NCBI GenBank assembly: GCA_951406725.2
Contig: OX597820.1
Coordinates: 32,736,001-32,800,000 of the forward strand
Length of the DNA: 64,000 bases
Direction of reading: 5' to 3'
Source of the DNA: Octopus vulgaris
Taxonomy: Eukaryota
Shown here: positions 1 to 20,794 of the stretch, one piece after another
Numbering within the stretch: position 1 is the stretch's first letter
How the letters are laid out: every line of letters starts with the position of its first letter
The notes under the pieces: generated by a model
Database searches by the model: none
Told to the model about the DNA's origin: nothing
Seen by the model: the letters and a program-made list of their open reading frames with translations, nothing else
Position numbers and translations under genes: made by a program

Positions 1-98
1 CGAGTTGTCCCACCTCTGTAGTTTCCTGACTGCTACGACAGGGTGTGCGGCTGAAAAACTTCGACTCGTGGTCTTTCTGTTACTCAGTGCGGTCCAGC

Positions 99-313
99 TA
101 CTTGTTTCAGTCATTTGACTGTGGCCATGCTGGAGCACCGCCTTTAGTCGAGCAAATCGACCCCAGGACTTATTCTTTGTAAGCCTAGGACTTATTTTAT
201 CGGTCACTTGTGCCGAACCGCTAAGTTATGGGGACGCAAACACACCAGCGTCAGTTGTCAAGTGATGTTGGGGGGACAAACACCGACACACAAACACATA
301 CACACACACACAC

Positions 314-381
<68 letters not shown>

Positions 382-439
382 GTGTATATATATATATACA
401 CATATATATATGTGTGTATATATATATATATATATACAC

Positions 440-472
<33 letters not shown>

Positions 473-646
473 CATATATATATATGTGTGTATATATATA
501 TATATACACACACATATATACGACGGGCTTTGGTCGCCTCGAGGCTATAGTAGAAGACACTTACCCAAGGTGCCCCGCAGTGGGACTGAACCCGGAACCA
601 TGTGGTCGGTAAGCAAGCTTCTTACTATACAGCAACCCCTGCGCCT
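99..646 (-). mobile_element. tRNA-derived SINE family A, full length, with expanded internal (CA)/(TA) microsatellite
   Basis: Head on minus strand AGGCGCAGGGGTTGCTGTATAGTAAG...GGTTCAGTCCC (A/B-box-like); body GCCATGCTGGAGCACCGCCTTTAGTCGAGCAAATCGACCCCAGG shared with many copies in the window. Confidence 0.85.
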
Positions 647-699
647 ATATTTTCCTTTCCAGAAAAATCGACTTTATTGGCATTTGAAACTCTATTATA

Positions 700-887
700 T
701 TGGTTTCGGATTTTGGCACACGGCTGGAAATATCGGGGGTGGGGATCAGTCGATTACATCAACTTCAGTGCTCAACTGGTACTTATTTTCGACCTTGGCG
801 GAATTTGAACTCAAGACGTAGAGATAGACGAGATGCCGCTAAGCATTTTGCTCGGCGCGCTAACGATTCTGTCAGCTCGTCGCCTTG
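700..887 (-). mobile_element. SINE family B (GGCGGCGAGCTGGCAGAA head), degenerate
   Basis: GGAATTTGAACTCA...AAGCATTTTGCTCGGCGCGCTAACGATTCTGTCAGCTCGTCGCC matches other family B copies. Confidence 0.75.
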
Positions 888-949
888 AAACGCTATTATA
901 TTAGCCTCAAATATATTTAACAAAATATACAAATATTTGTTTAGAGTTT

Positions 950-1268
950 GATCTGTTCGTTCTTTCTCGAGCCACGCCTGGCTCATAAGGGCTGGTTTCC
1001 CGATTTCCTTGGCGTATAGGTTCCCCACCTGGACGGGATGCCGGTCCGTCCCAGTGAGCTGCAAGATGCAGGAGGAAAGAGTGAGAGAAAGTTGTGACGA
1101 AAGAGTCAGCAGAAGTTCGCCATTACCTTCTGCCGGAGCCGCGTAGAGCTTAGGTGTTTCGCTCATAAACACACACATCGCCCGGTCTGATATTCGAACC
1201 CGCGAGTCCGCTTCTCTAACCACTAACCGTGAGTCCGCTTCTCTAACCACTAGGCCATGTGCCTCCAC
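950..1268 (-). mobile_element. SINE with family C head and its own 3' body
   Basis: Minus head GTGGAGGCACATGGCCTAGTGGTTAGAGAAGCGGACTC (locally duplicated) and GCTCCGGCAG segment shared with 52227 and 59168 copies. Confidence 0.75.
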
Positions 1269-1983
1269 AGAATGTGATCTACTCCTCTATTAAAGAAGAG
1301 AAATGAAAATTAAAAACGCAGACGGACAGAAACGACAGACGGACAGAAACGAGGCGAGGTATCTGTATATGTAAAAACAAAAACAAAACGAGAGAGGGGG
1401 CAGATAGATATATAAAGAGAGAGAGGGTGAGAGTGAGAGAGAGAGTGAAACACCCAATTCATAAAGAATGGGCAAATGTAAAACCGTGCAAACCGAGCAT
1501 CGTATAAATCGGGGCATAATTGTTTTTACAAGCAGAGCAACGTAACATAGTTTTTAAAACAATCTCAAAACAGACAAGAAATCTTCTTACAAAGTTTATT
1601 TTAAAACTCGGGGAAACAGAATAAGAAGATACTAAAATGTGATAATAAGAACAAGGCAAAATAACGAACGAATTAAATATTTCCAAAATGGTGTCAGCTC
1701 TTGGATACAAGTCAACAAATATAAGATATGTAACTGTATGCTATTTGCCGACATCATGATATTTTGTAGAGAGCAATACATATGTTTTGGTATCTTTTGC
1801 ACAAAGTGTAGCAATCGCATATACGGATAATACATAATACTAGACGATAATGGTATTAATACATACATATAGGCATCTACTATATATCTTCATTATACAA
1901 TATTTCGGCCAGATATGGGGTATTTGCTATCGTATTATTGTAAACTTTATTTAATAATCTTCTTGTAATTTCATTTATGAATG

Positions 1984-4263
<2,280 letters not shown>

Positions 4264-4589
4264 GGTTATGGTAAAACTTAGAAAAACAGGCTCGTAACGG
4301 CGATTGCTGCCTCGTATTAAGACGCACCCCACCCTCACAAACGACATATCCTATCTTAAAGAATGTAATTAAATCAGTCATAACACAATTACGCGTCAAC
4401 GGCCATTTTGTTTGGTGCACAGTATTATTGGCGGGAAAATAACATCTCACCTCCATTTTCTGTCGTTTAGCAAGTTTTCGTAAAACCACATGCAAACCGC
4501 ATGCAATACGCATGTCTATACTTACACAACACACAAACACAGAAATGCATACATACATATGTACAAACATGCACACATAAACATATAAA

Positions 4590-4621
<32 letters not shown>

Positions 4622-5489
4622 TATGTGTCTGTGTGTCTGTGTGTCTGTGTGTTCGTGTAAACTGGTCATGTATCGTACGATTTACAGCGCCTTGATGACC
4701 CTGCAGAGAAAGTTTTCCCGATTTATTATCATCGGATGAAACCATAACGTTACCTGGTTCTGAGTTTCTCATAGTGTTTTCTCTACAGAGAGATAGATGT
4801 CGTGTATTGAACTCCTAATCAATATAAAACAAATATTGTACATTTGTTTAAATAATTAAAAACACTTCCAGTCACATGGCATGCACAAGTTTTGCATTGC
4901 AATTAAAATAAACGGACACATAATTGATTCCATCACCACAGGATTACGATTGACGTTCTTACCCCTTCTCACACGTCCTGCTGTTGGTTGTGCTTCTGCC
5001 ACGGCGAGATAGAAATTCGCAATATTTACGGCTATATTTATCCTTGTTCCTATACCTGAGCTTATGAAATAAGCAAATTATAAAACTCGACAATAGATAT
5101 TAGGATGGTTTGCAACTGACTTCCGCAACTGGATGACGTTGCCCCACAAGGAGCTCATCCGGCCTTCGACATGTCTTGTTCTTAATTCTGTTGGGTATTT
5201 AGACACCCTCTTCACAAGAGCAGAAAGCTATACGAGGGGGCGAGCCGGTTTGTCGCCGACCACGAAACAGCTAATAGTGGTTTACATAGAACCAGTAGCA
5301 GGTATCATCAGCCTATGATATGATCAAATACCTGATTTGACATAGAATACAGACGTATTATATGACGTATCAATACCCTTAAAGACAGAAAAACATTTTC
5401 TGCAGTTTTCACGGCGATACTGCGTTCGAAATATTACTTCTTTGTCTATAATACGATACACATACGACACTTCTAAAAAGTAAACAGAA

Positions 5490-5529
<40 letters not shown>

Positions 5530-5712
5530 ATTCTTTTATTCTTTTATTTGTTTGTCATTTGACGGCGGCCATGCTGGAGTACCACCTTTAGCTGAACAAA
5601 TCGACCCCGGGACTTATTCTTTGTAAGCCTAGTACTTATTCTATCGCTCTTTTGCTGAACCGCTAAGTTACGAGGACATAAACACACCAACATCGGTTGT
5701 CAAGCGATGTTG
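5530..5712 (-). mobile_element. SINE family A, 3' half
   Basis: GGCCATGCTGGAGTACCACCTTTAG...CATCGGTTGTCAAGCGATGTTG. Confidence 0.8.
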
Positions 5713-5850
5713 TTGTGTGGTTCAATCTAACCGTTCGGCTTCAATAAGGTCACAGTAGAACATACCATTTAACTAAGATGTCAACTTGATGAGATTTCAC
5801 CTTGAACCTCGTGAATCCGAAGTAAAATTCTTACAGCACCTTGCCTTCCC

Positions 5851-5919
5851 TTTAATTTGAACTCAGAACGTAAAGGCATCTCGCCCGGCGTACTAGCGAT
5901 TCTGCCAGCTCGCCGCCTT
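5851..5919 (-). mobile_element. SINE family B head fragment
   Basis: TTTGAACTCAGAACGTAA...TCTGCCAGCTCGCCGCC. Confidence 0.65.
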
Positions 5920-6432
5920 AAAATTCCCTTATTATTCTGCATGTATATGCTTTGTATATACATATGTTTGCATGTATGTATGTGTGTGTGCGCGCACGCA
6001 TGCGAGTAAGTATACCTGCACATATATAGCGCTTTCAATTGATAGTAGACATGCATACGTATATACATGCATATATAAATATATGTGTGTGCGTAGAGAT
6101 ACATATATATGTGTGTGTGTGTAGAGAGAGAGAGAGGGGGGAGAGAGAGAGCAATAAGAAAATGGAGGGGGTCAATAGGTGGTTCATCAACTTTTAGACA
6201 TTATATTATGTCAACTTATTTATTTATTTACTAAAATGATAATTACAAGAATATACATACATGTATAACATATTATGCTTTACATATAAAATATATTAAT
6301 AAATAAAGATACCATAATTGCAATGCAATAAAAAAAACACTTGTGTATTAATAATTGGGTATTCTACCAGCAGTATATTGGATAGATATTATCCCTTAGT
6401 TGGTTGGATTCACAACCTCGAACTTTCTTGGA

Positions 6433-6507
<75 letters not shown>

Positions 6508-6796
6508 TGTGTGTATGTATATGCATACACACCTGGCTACATACATACATGTATGTATGTATATACACACACATGTATATATATATATATATATATACAC
6601 ACACAGAAGCTTTTACCTAATGATTACATGGAAAACGTAAAGTATCTCTCACATAAAAATCTAAACTCACATCTGTGTTTTCGAATGGTGTGAAAAATAA
6701 TGTTCGCTTTGTTTATTGTGACCTTAAGTATTATCGGAAGTGTTTTATATGTAATTCACATCTAAACTAGCTGCCATTTATGAGATATACACATAT

Positions 6797-7660
<864 letters not shown>

Positions 7661-7669
7661 TATACATAC

Positions 7670-8160
<491 letters not shown>

Positions 8161-8180
8161 TAACTTGGCGAGGTTTAATC

Positions 8181-8944
8181 AATGGCCGAGATTCAACCCG
8201 GACCGCAGCAACAAAGTCTACCCGCCACACTTCTCAATCCAGCATCACCGCCTCGAGGCCCTGGATACATTCCAGGCCAGCGTTTGCAATCAAGTTATAG
8301 ATGTAAGTGTGACGACGTTTTCCTCGTCTTACATCACCAGAAAGTGAGTTCCACAAGACTAATTGATGCTTCTAGTTCAGGGTAACACACACAATGACCA
8401 GACAGTCGCAGCCGTCTTTGCTTGATCTTCTCCCTAACTTTCTGCAGGTCTCCATAAAAACATTCATCTGTCATCTGTTGCTGCCATTTCACATTTAGGG
8501 CCATTCGTAGCATCTTTGTGTATCATCCATTTAGCCTTATTGGTCCCTAAAACACTATGTTGGATAGTACACAATAAGTACACAGCAACAGTCGCGCCCA
8601 AAACGAATTCAACTTAAGCTCCTTAGTTCTGGCCACCATCAGAATTTACAAACGCAGAGGAATATACTGACCAGCAGGGAGACTACGAGATGTCCAGATG
8701 GTCACTACCGCAGCATATGATTCGTCACTGCAATTTGGCGTGGTTTTTGGTATGGGTAGGGTTTGGGTATAACTAGGAAGGTGGTACTGTAGGTCCGGGT
8801 TTGTCGGTCAGCTGACCACATGTGTACCATGATCCATGTGTTACATCTGGATGACCAGGGGATTCATAATAGTCCAGAAATAACAAAACCATAATAAATG
8901 ACACTACTACTTCAGCCGATGCTGTTACCGCTGCTGCTACTGAT

Positions 8945-9035
<91 letters not shown>
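8181..9035 (-). mobile_element. Left arm of inverted duplication: RTE-type LINE 3' end plus upstream segment and (CTA)n
   Basis: Reverse complement of 10680-11474. Confidence 0.8.
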
Positions 9036-9064
9036 TTCCGTTATGTGTTATTTTATAAAATAAT

Positions 9065-9121
<57 letters not shown>

Positions 9122-9354
9122 TGTAATAGCCACTTTTCCATGCTTGCGTGGGTCAATCGAAATTTGTTGAGGAAGACTCTCTGCAGTAGGATGCCATCAT
9201 TGTCGCCAACCCTTAGCCCTGTTTCCAAGCGAGGCTATAGCACTCATGCCAGATATTTTTCATTGAAAACTGGACACGAGCAGCATACGACTGTACAACT
9301 ATGACGCGACGCAAGACAAGGGTACACAAAAACATACATGCGTGCATACATTAC

Positions 9355-9505
9355 GTACGACGGGTTTCATTTAGTTTCTTCTCATAAGGTTTTGGGAACC
9401 TTGAGGTTATAATAAAATCACAACTTTCCCAAGGCGCCACACTATAGGAGTGAACCCAACACCACATAACGGAAATATAAGCTTCTTAAACCACCGCTAC
9501 GCCTG
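9355..9505 (-). mobile_element. Degenerate SINE family A head
   Basis: TACGACGGGTTTC...CCCAAGGCGCCAC...TGAACCC. Confidence 0.5.
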
Positions 9506-9665
9506 GGGTTGCATTTCTATATATCACAGCATGATAATCAACTTACATTATTTTATTTTCTATCTACATTAATGTACTGAGCAACTATATATACATACAT
9601 ACATACATACATACATACATACATACATAAACATGCATATATATACATAAATATATATATGTATG

Positions 9666-9696
<31 letters not shown>

Positions 9697-9823
9697 GTGT
9701 ATGTTTGTGGGTAATAAGATTATTAACTCTACACGTGTTATGTACTTTACTCAGTTAATGTCGACGACTGCATGTATCTAAATTGACATGTATGTGCGTG
9801 TGTGTGCGCGCGGGCAATTAGAA

Positions 9824-9870
<47 letters not shown>

Positions 9871-9911
9871 TGTATTCATATATATATATACATATATGTA
9901 TATATGTTTAT

Positions 9912-10012
<101 letters not shown>

Positions 10013-10174
10013 GGTTAGATATATGCATATATATAGTGCCACGTACCCATATTCACACATTCCCTTATTTCCTATATGCCAGTTAAGGTTATGAAATCCA
10101 TTTATAAGATTATCTGATAAAATAACACTTAATAACAAACGGGTGTGTTTCTTGGAGATTTAATTCTACGTGGA

Positions 10175-10678
10175 TGGCGTTGATGGTGGTGACGGTGATG
10201 GTGGGGTGGGTGGGGTAGGGGTGCCGAGGGTGGTTGTAGTGGCATTGGTGGTAGTGATGATTGTTGTGGTAATGGTTGTGAGGATGGTCGTCGTGTTTGT
10301 CATTCTGGTCGATGCTGTAGTGGTGGCGGTGTAGGTGGTGGTGGTGGTGGTGGTCGTGGTGGTCGTGGTCGTGGTCGTGGTGACCAGGGTAATGGGAATG
10401 GTGGCGTTGGTAAAATTGTTGCTGTTTGTAGTGGTGATGCTGTTGGCAACGATGTTGGTGGCGACAGCTGTCGCCGTCGTCGTTGCTGTGATTATGGAGG
10501 ATGTTGATGTGGTGGTGGTGGATGTTGATGTGGTGGTGGTGGTGGTGGTGATGGTGGTAGTGACGAAGCATTTTTTTTTTGCTGTTGCTGCCGTTACGGT
10601 TTGTGATCATGGTTGGAATATTTGTGGTGATATTAATAGTGGAGCTGCTGCTGCTTCTGATGTGGTTTGTGGTCAATA

Positions 10679-10680
<2 letters not shown>
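10175..10680. repeat. Mixed GGT/GAT/GTT trinucleotide patchwork
   Basis: Directly visible. Confidence 0.85.
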
Positions 10681-10746
<66 letters not shown>

Positions 10747-11474
10747 TCAGTAGCAGCAGCGGCTGAAGTAGTAGTGTGATTTATTATGGTTATTTCTGGA
10801 CTATTATGAATCCCCTGGTCATCCAGATGTAACACATGGATCATGGTACACATGTGGTCAGCTGACCGACAAACCCGGACCTACAGTACCACCTTCCTAG
10901 TTATACCAAACCCCTACCCATACCAAAAACCACGCCAAATTACAGTGACGAATCATATGCTGCGGTAGTGACCATCTGGACATCTCTTAGTCTCCTTGCT
11001 GGTCAGTATATTCCTCTACGTTTGCAAATTCTGATGGTGGCCAGAACGAAGAAGCTCGAGTTGAATTCGTTTCGGGCACGACTGTTGCTGTATTCTTATT
11101 GTGTACAATCTCACGTAGTGTTTCGGGGACCAATGATGCTTTCAAACGGGCTGAATGGATGATGCACAAGTATGCTACGAATGGCCCTAAATATGAAATG
11201 GCAGCAACATGAGTGCTTTTATGGAGACCTGCCGAGAGTTAGAGAGAAGATCAGACAAAGATGGCTGCGACTGTCTGGTCATTGTGTGTATTACCCTAAA
11301 CTGGAAGCATCAATTAGTCTTGTGGACTCACTTCCTGGGGATATAAGAAGAGAAAAACGTCGCCACACTTGCATCGACAACTTGAATGTATCCAGGGCCT
11401 CGAGGCAGTGATGATGGACTGAGAAGTGTGGTGGGTAGACTTTGTTGCTGCGGTCCGGGTTGAATCTCGGCCAT
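10680..11474 (+). mobile_element. Right arm of inverted duplication: (GTA)n, upstream segment and RTE-type LINE 3' end
   Basis: ORF 11172-11411 MLRMALNMKWQQH...YGDLPRVREKIRQRWLRLSGHCV...RREKRRHTCIDNL resembles the RTE-clade C-terminus; followed by a TAA-rich tail. Confidence 0.75.
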
Positions 11475-11649
11475 AATAATGATAATAATAAATTGATGTT
11501 GCAGTTGTTTCTATGAGGAGACTTAATGGGAGATCTAAACGGTGAAGAAGGAGTTTCAAGATCGCTTTAGGCTTCTCATATGATATCAAAACATATCTCA
11601 TGGTGCAAGTAAAAGACCACAGAGAAGATTTATGGACATATTCTACCCA

Positions 11650-11830
11650 CCGGGGGAAATGCTTAATGGCATTTCGTTTGTCTTTATGTTCTGTGTTCAA
11701 ATTCCGCCGTGGTTCGACTTTACCTTTCATCCTTTCTGGGTCGATAAATTAAGTAACAGTTGTGTACTGGGGTCGAGCTAATCGACTGGCCCCCTTCCCC
11801 AAAAATTTAGGGCTTTGCAGCTTGAGTAGA
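11650..11830 (+). mobile_element. SINE family B
   Basis: GTTCAAATTCCGCCGTGGTTCGACTTTACCTTTCATCCTTTCTGGGTCGATAAATTAAGTA. Confidence 0.8.
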
Positions 11831-11897
11831 AAAGTAATATCTGTTAAGGGCGTTTGCTAGCGCTAGACTGTAGAAATATTAATTGCAGTTATTATTA

Positions 11898-12048
11898 AAT
11901 CGACCCCAGGACTTATTCTTTGTAAGACTAGTACATACTCTATCGGTCTCTTTTGCCTAACCGCTAAGTTACGGGAACGTAAGCACACCATCATCGATTT
12001 TCAAGCGATGTTAGGGGGACAAACAAAGATACACAAACATATACGCAC

Positions 12049-12113
<65 letters not shown>

Positions 12114-12281
12114 TACGACGGGCTTCTTTCAGTTCCCGTCTACCAAATCCACTGACAGGGCTTTGGTCGGCCCGAGGATATATAGTAAAAGACATTTGCC
12201 CAAGGTGCCACGCAGTGGGAATGAGCTCGGAACCATGTGATTCGTAAGCAAGCTACTTACCACACAGCCACTCCTGCGGCC

Positions 12282-12282
<1 letters not shown>
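11898..12282 (-). mobile_element. SINE family A
   Basis: ATCGACCCCAGGACTTATTC...(TA)n...TACGACGGGCTTCTTTCAG...CACACAGCCACTCCTGCG. Confidence 0.85.
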
Positions 12283-12315
<33 letters not shown>

Positions 12316-12354
12316 CAATGAGCCAGGTTTGTGTGTGTGTGCGCGCGTGCGTGC

Positions 12355-12395
<41 letters not shown>

Positions 12396-12509
12396 GTGGA
12401 AATAATTACTGATTTCTTAAACTTCAGATACATTGAAATTTTAAAATTATTCCTTGTTTGCAATTTCATAATTTTGATATTTCCAATTCCAATTCTTCAA
12501 ACTGTTCTT

Positions 12510-12659
12510 CTATAAGACATTTCGGTAGTTTTGGCGATGCTTTACTGTTACTATACTAATGGTAACCGGCCTGTGACAGAGATCGGGTGGGATCACGGTG
12601 GAGATTTTCTCACATATCCCATAATCCCTGTACTCTAAAGCCGATAAAATCCCCTGAAC
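12510..12659 (-). CDS. Weak candidate terminal exon (VQGILSALEYRDYGICEKISTVIPPDLCHRPVTISIVTVKHRQNYRNVL*)
   Basis: Non-repetitive island preceded on the minus strand by TTTTACTTCCTAAATACCTATTGTCAG; phase 0 frame is open; no homology recognised. Confidence 0.15.
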   Translation of the reverse strand, partial: VQGILSALEYRDYGICEKISTVIPPDLCHRPVTISIVTVKHRQNYRNVL

Positions 12660-12699
12660 CTGACAATAGGTATTTAGGAAGTAAAAATTTACCACCACT

Positions 12700-16300
<3,601 letters not shown>

Positions 16301-16629
16301 AAAGAGACAGACAGAGGAGAGAAAGAGAAAGAAGGGGCTGGTGCGAGCGAGTGACAAAGTGAAGAAGCGTAGGGCTTGAGAATGATTATTGAAAGGCCGC
16401 AAGAAAGTTAGGAATAGTTTTACCGGTGGCGGTGGTGGTGGTGGGGAAATATATGTTGGTAGAAGTGGACATGACAAAGAAAATCAAGATAAAAACAAAG
16501 AAGTCCAAGAAAGTAATACAGAAAAGAAAGGAGAGAGAATGAATGAAAGAGAGAAAGAAAAAAGGCATAAATAAAAAAGAAAGGAGAGAAAGAAAAAAGT
16601 AAGAAAGTTTCGTTTTCTTCGATTCTTGT

Positions 16630-17032
16630 ATTCTTTTATTCTTTTAATTGTTTCAGTCATTTCACTGCGGCCATGCTGGAGCACCGCCTCTAGTCGAACA
16701 AATCGACCCCATGACTCATTCTTTGTAAGCCTAGTACTTATTCTGTCGGTCACTTTTGCCGAACCGCTAAGTTACGGGAGCGTAAACACACCAGCATCGG
16801 TTGTCAAACAATGTTGGAGGGGACAAACACAGACACACAAACATACACGCACATACATATATATACATATATACGACGGGCTCCTTTCAGTTTCCGTCTA
16901 CCAAATCCACTCACAAGGCTTTGGTCGGTCCGTGGCTATAGTAGAAGACACTCACCCAAGGTGCCACGCAGTGGGACTGAACCCGGAACTATGTGGTTGG
17001 TAAGCAAGCTACTTATCACACAGCCACTCCTG
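16630..17032 (-). mobile_element. SINE family A, full length
   Basis: Colinear with the 99-646, 33478-33876 and 53368-53848 copies. Confidence 0.9.
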
Positions 17033-17062
17033 AGTATCCTCACAAATTTGAAGAAATTCTAC

Positions 17063-17233
17063 CTTCGCAGCAACATCAATATCACTGATTGCATTATCCT
17101 TCGCTGATAAGGGTCTGCAGATCCACGCATCGGTACAGCTGTCATCTAATCCTGGGAAATAACTTTCGATGGCGGAGACCTCTTCACAGAAACTGCATTC
17201 AGCTTCTGGTATAGAATCCAGGATAGTTGCCAT
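17063..17233 (-). CDS. Candidate 171-nt phase 0-0 coding exon (MATILDSIPEAECSFCEEVSAIESYFPGLDDSCTDAWICRPLSAKDNAISDIDVAAK)
   Basis: Acceptor TTTTTTTTCCCTCAG, donor AAG|GTAGAA; only this frame is open; complex non-repetitive sequence. Confidence 0.35.
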
Positions 17234-18149
17234 CTGAGGGAAAAAAAAGTTGTGTCTGGGAGTCACAGAGCAGGAGTGAAACCGGTACGGTCATGATTCC
17301 GTTAGCAGCTGCAATACATGACACTGTAATACAGCAATACATGAAATACATGAAATAAATTACGTTCTCTCAAACCCTCCTTGACCGCCCCCATTCCAAT
17401 TAACCCCTAAATTCCATCCCAGGGGTCACGACCTCCAGGTAAAGAACCGCTGTTATAGAGTTTTCTTAAGATTTTTCTTTAGAAATCACATAAAGAAACG
17501 GTAAAGATGACAATTTTGGCGTATCAATTGACAATATCATCTTAGAAGCAAGATCAGCCTTGAATGTACAGAGATGCTTGTTCTATCATGTATCAATTGA
17601 CTATACAAGTATTAATATTCTCATCTTTCTAAAAACATATTTAGGGATCGGATTAACCAGGCAGCTTTATTAGTCACTAAATGTGTACATATGTTACATG
17701 AAACTATTTTAAAAAGGATTTTTGTTAAGCTTCACCCACGTATATTTTTATTTCACTATTAACTACAATTTTTTGTAGTTTTTAGTTCACTGTTAACTAC
17801 TCGTTAAGCTAATATTTTAGAATGGCGCATGCCATTGAGACAGCCTTTGCTACGGATGTTGCTATTATACACAGGTGAAGCGGGGTGGTGGTGTACGTGG
17901 TCGTGGTTATGATATCGCTGCTGCTTTGAGCGTGATATTTTGCTATTTTTTTTCTGTCTAGCCCTTGGTCAAATACACCTATGATCATAGATATTTCAGT
18001 CGTAACGATCATGTCCTTTTCCAATTAGCAGGAAATAAGGAGTAGATAATTCATGTATCCTTTTATGTGACGGTTACAGGGTGAGCTGAGTGAGATTTGG
18101 TTACTACTTCTAACACGTTCGAGCATCAACAACGAGGCTTTCTCAGAGA

Positions 18150-18249
18150 CGGTAGTGGTAGTGGCGGTGATATCACAGGTAAAGTAGACAGTGAGGCAAC
18201 AGATGATGCGGTAAGAGTAATGATGGTGGGGGGCGTGATGGTGGCGGTA

Positions 18250-18319
<70 letters not shown>

Positions 18320-20370
18320 TATGGGGGTGATAATAACAAGACAGTTAAGTTTACATACTTCACCTATTATTTAACCGTCAATAATTAATTTTAAACAAAT
18401 GACTAATAATAATAATAAGATGAGAAGAAGAAGAAGAAGAAGAAGAAGAAGAATATCTCATCATCATATCATCATCATCATCATCATCATCATATCATCA
18501 TCATCATCATCATCATCACCATCGTAACTAGTTCCAAAGTTACATCATCTCCACCATCATTATCATTAAGCCGTAATCACCATCATTATCACCATCATCA
18601 TCATCATCATCTTCATCATCATAGTATCCACGATCCCCTTCTCCTCAAGGTCATTCAAATTTTCGAAACAAGCTGTTATTGGTGCGCAACAATATCAGCA
18701 GCGTAACTGTGTGGGTGGTAGTTCTCTGGTGGCACTTTAGATGATGAGATGCGGGTGGTAGTAGTTGCGGAGATAGTGGAACTAGTAGCAGAGATGGTTA
18801 GGGACGTTTGTGGTAACGGTGGTGTTCACAGTGGATGTGTTGGTATTGGTGATAGTAGCTGACGTGGTGGTACTGGTGGTGGATTTCATGTTTGTTGTAG
18901 TGGCAATGATGATGATGGTTGCGGTGAAAACTGTGGAAGATGTTCTTGTTATTGGTGGTGGTGATGGTGGTGGTGGTGGAAGTGACAGTATTGGTGGTAG
19001 TTGTAGAGGTAGTGCTTTTGATGTTTGTAATAGTAGTGGTGTTGGTGGTAGTGATGGCGACGGTGGCGGTGGCGGAATGATGTTTATGTTAATGGCGCAG
19101 GCAGTTGAGGCGGTGGCGGTGGTGACGGTATTCTTGCTGTCTGTAGTAGTGATAATGGTGGTGAACACGGAGACGACGGGGGTGGTGGCGGAGGCTGGCG
19201 TTTATGTTTGTTGTATGGTGTACCTGGTGTTGATTGTGATGTTTATCATTAGTGGTGGTGATGGTGGTGGTGGTGGTACTGATGATGGGGCAGTGGCGAC
19301 AGCAACAGCGGCGGCGGTGACGGTGACGGTGGTGGCTGCGAAGCTGTTGTTGTTGTTGTTGTCGGTGGTGGTGGTGGTGGTGGTGGCGGTAATAGCGACG
19401 ACAACCGTGATGCGTGGTGGTGGTGATATTAATGGGTGGGTGGCGAATACAAAGGATGGTTGCTTGAAGCGGGTTAATCGAGGTGGAACTTCACTGATTA
19501 GGGTGAGTAGCAATTAGGGTGAGGGTGGGTGGATGAGTTGGTGAGGGTGGAGATGGTACTCTTGGAACGAGTAATTGTGATAGTGCAGACGGTGGTGAAG
19601 AGTGTGAGGACAGTATGGGATGATGTCGGTGTGGTAGTGGTGGTGCTGGTTGTAGAGGTGATGGTGGTTTTGGCGTTGGCGTTGGTTGCGGTTGTGGTGA
19701 TAGTTTAGGTGTTGTTGTTGCTGTTGTTGTTGGTGATGGTGATGTTGATGATGATGATGATGATGATGAAGCCGGTGATGATATTGAGCATTATCATCAT
19801 CATCATCGTCGTTGTCATTATCCTCATTCTCATCAGAGCATCATCATCATAATCATCGTCGTCATCATTATCCTCATCCTCATCATCATCATCATCATTA
19901 GCATCATCATCATTATCCTCATCGTCATCGTCATCTTCATTATCGTCATCATCATCATGATGGTGTTGACGATGGGTCTATTGTAGGTTTGGTGATTGTT
20001 TTAGTGATGGATTTCTTCTTGTTCCTGATGATGGTGACTGAGGCGGTAGTGGTGGTGGTGGTAGTGGTGGTGGTGGTGGTGGTGATGATGATGGTGGTGG
20101 TGGTGGTTGTGGTGGTGGTGGTGGTGATGGTGGTGGTGGTGGTGGCGGCGGCGGCGGCAGCGGTAGTGGCGGTAGTGGTGGTGCTGGTGGTGGCTATGGT
20201 GGTGGTGGTTATTTATGGCTATAATGGAGGCGGTGGTTGTGACCACGGAACAATAATTACACAGAAAACTGAAAACAATAACTCAACAATAGTAACGAAG
20301 ACAACGACAATAACAACACCAACAACGATAAGAATGCATCAATGACAGCAACAACAACAGCAACAAGATG
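18150..20370. repeat. Trinucleotide patchwork (GTA, GAA, CAT, GGT, GAT, CAA)
   Basis: Directly visible; produces spurious poly-V/T/H ORFs. Confidence 0.85.
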
Positions 20371-20704
20371 ACTCCAGGGTGGAAATTTCTTTACAGTAGT
20401 CATTCAATCTGCTAGAAATAACAAGCAAATCTCTCTCAAATCACAACCTACTTTGATAGAAATGAAAGACACTTAGTCGAAGACACATTATATCTGAAAG
20501 ACAGGATGGTCACCGATCGAACGCCTTTGATTACGGATCTGAACGCCAAGAATAATACCAACAGTAGCGACAACATCAATAATTGAGAAAGAACATTGAC
20601 AGCAACAACAAGAATAACAATAATCACCACACCTTGTACAGTGCCAATAAATAGGATTTCATTGATCTGTGGTTAATTCCAAGCAGTTTTCTATCTATCT
20701 CTCC

Positions 20705-20794
<90 letters not shown>

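Noticed and set aside
16626-17107. Recurring ORFs such as VSVYQIHSQGFGR and RPRKDERQSRPRRNLNSE
   Set aside because: Chance translations of SINE families A and B.
18782-20345. Long Val/Gly/Thr/His-rich ORFs (also 10110-10853, 43321-44958, 60061-62476)
   Set aside because: Trinucleotide patchworks open in several frames on both strands; no domain or splice evidence.
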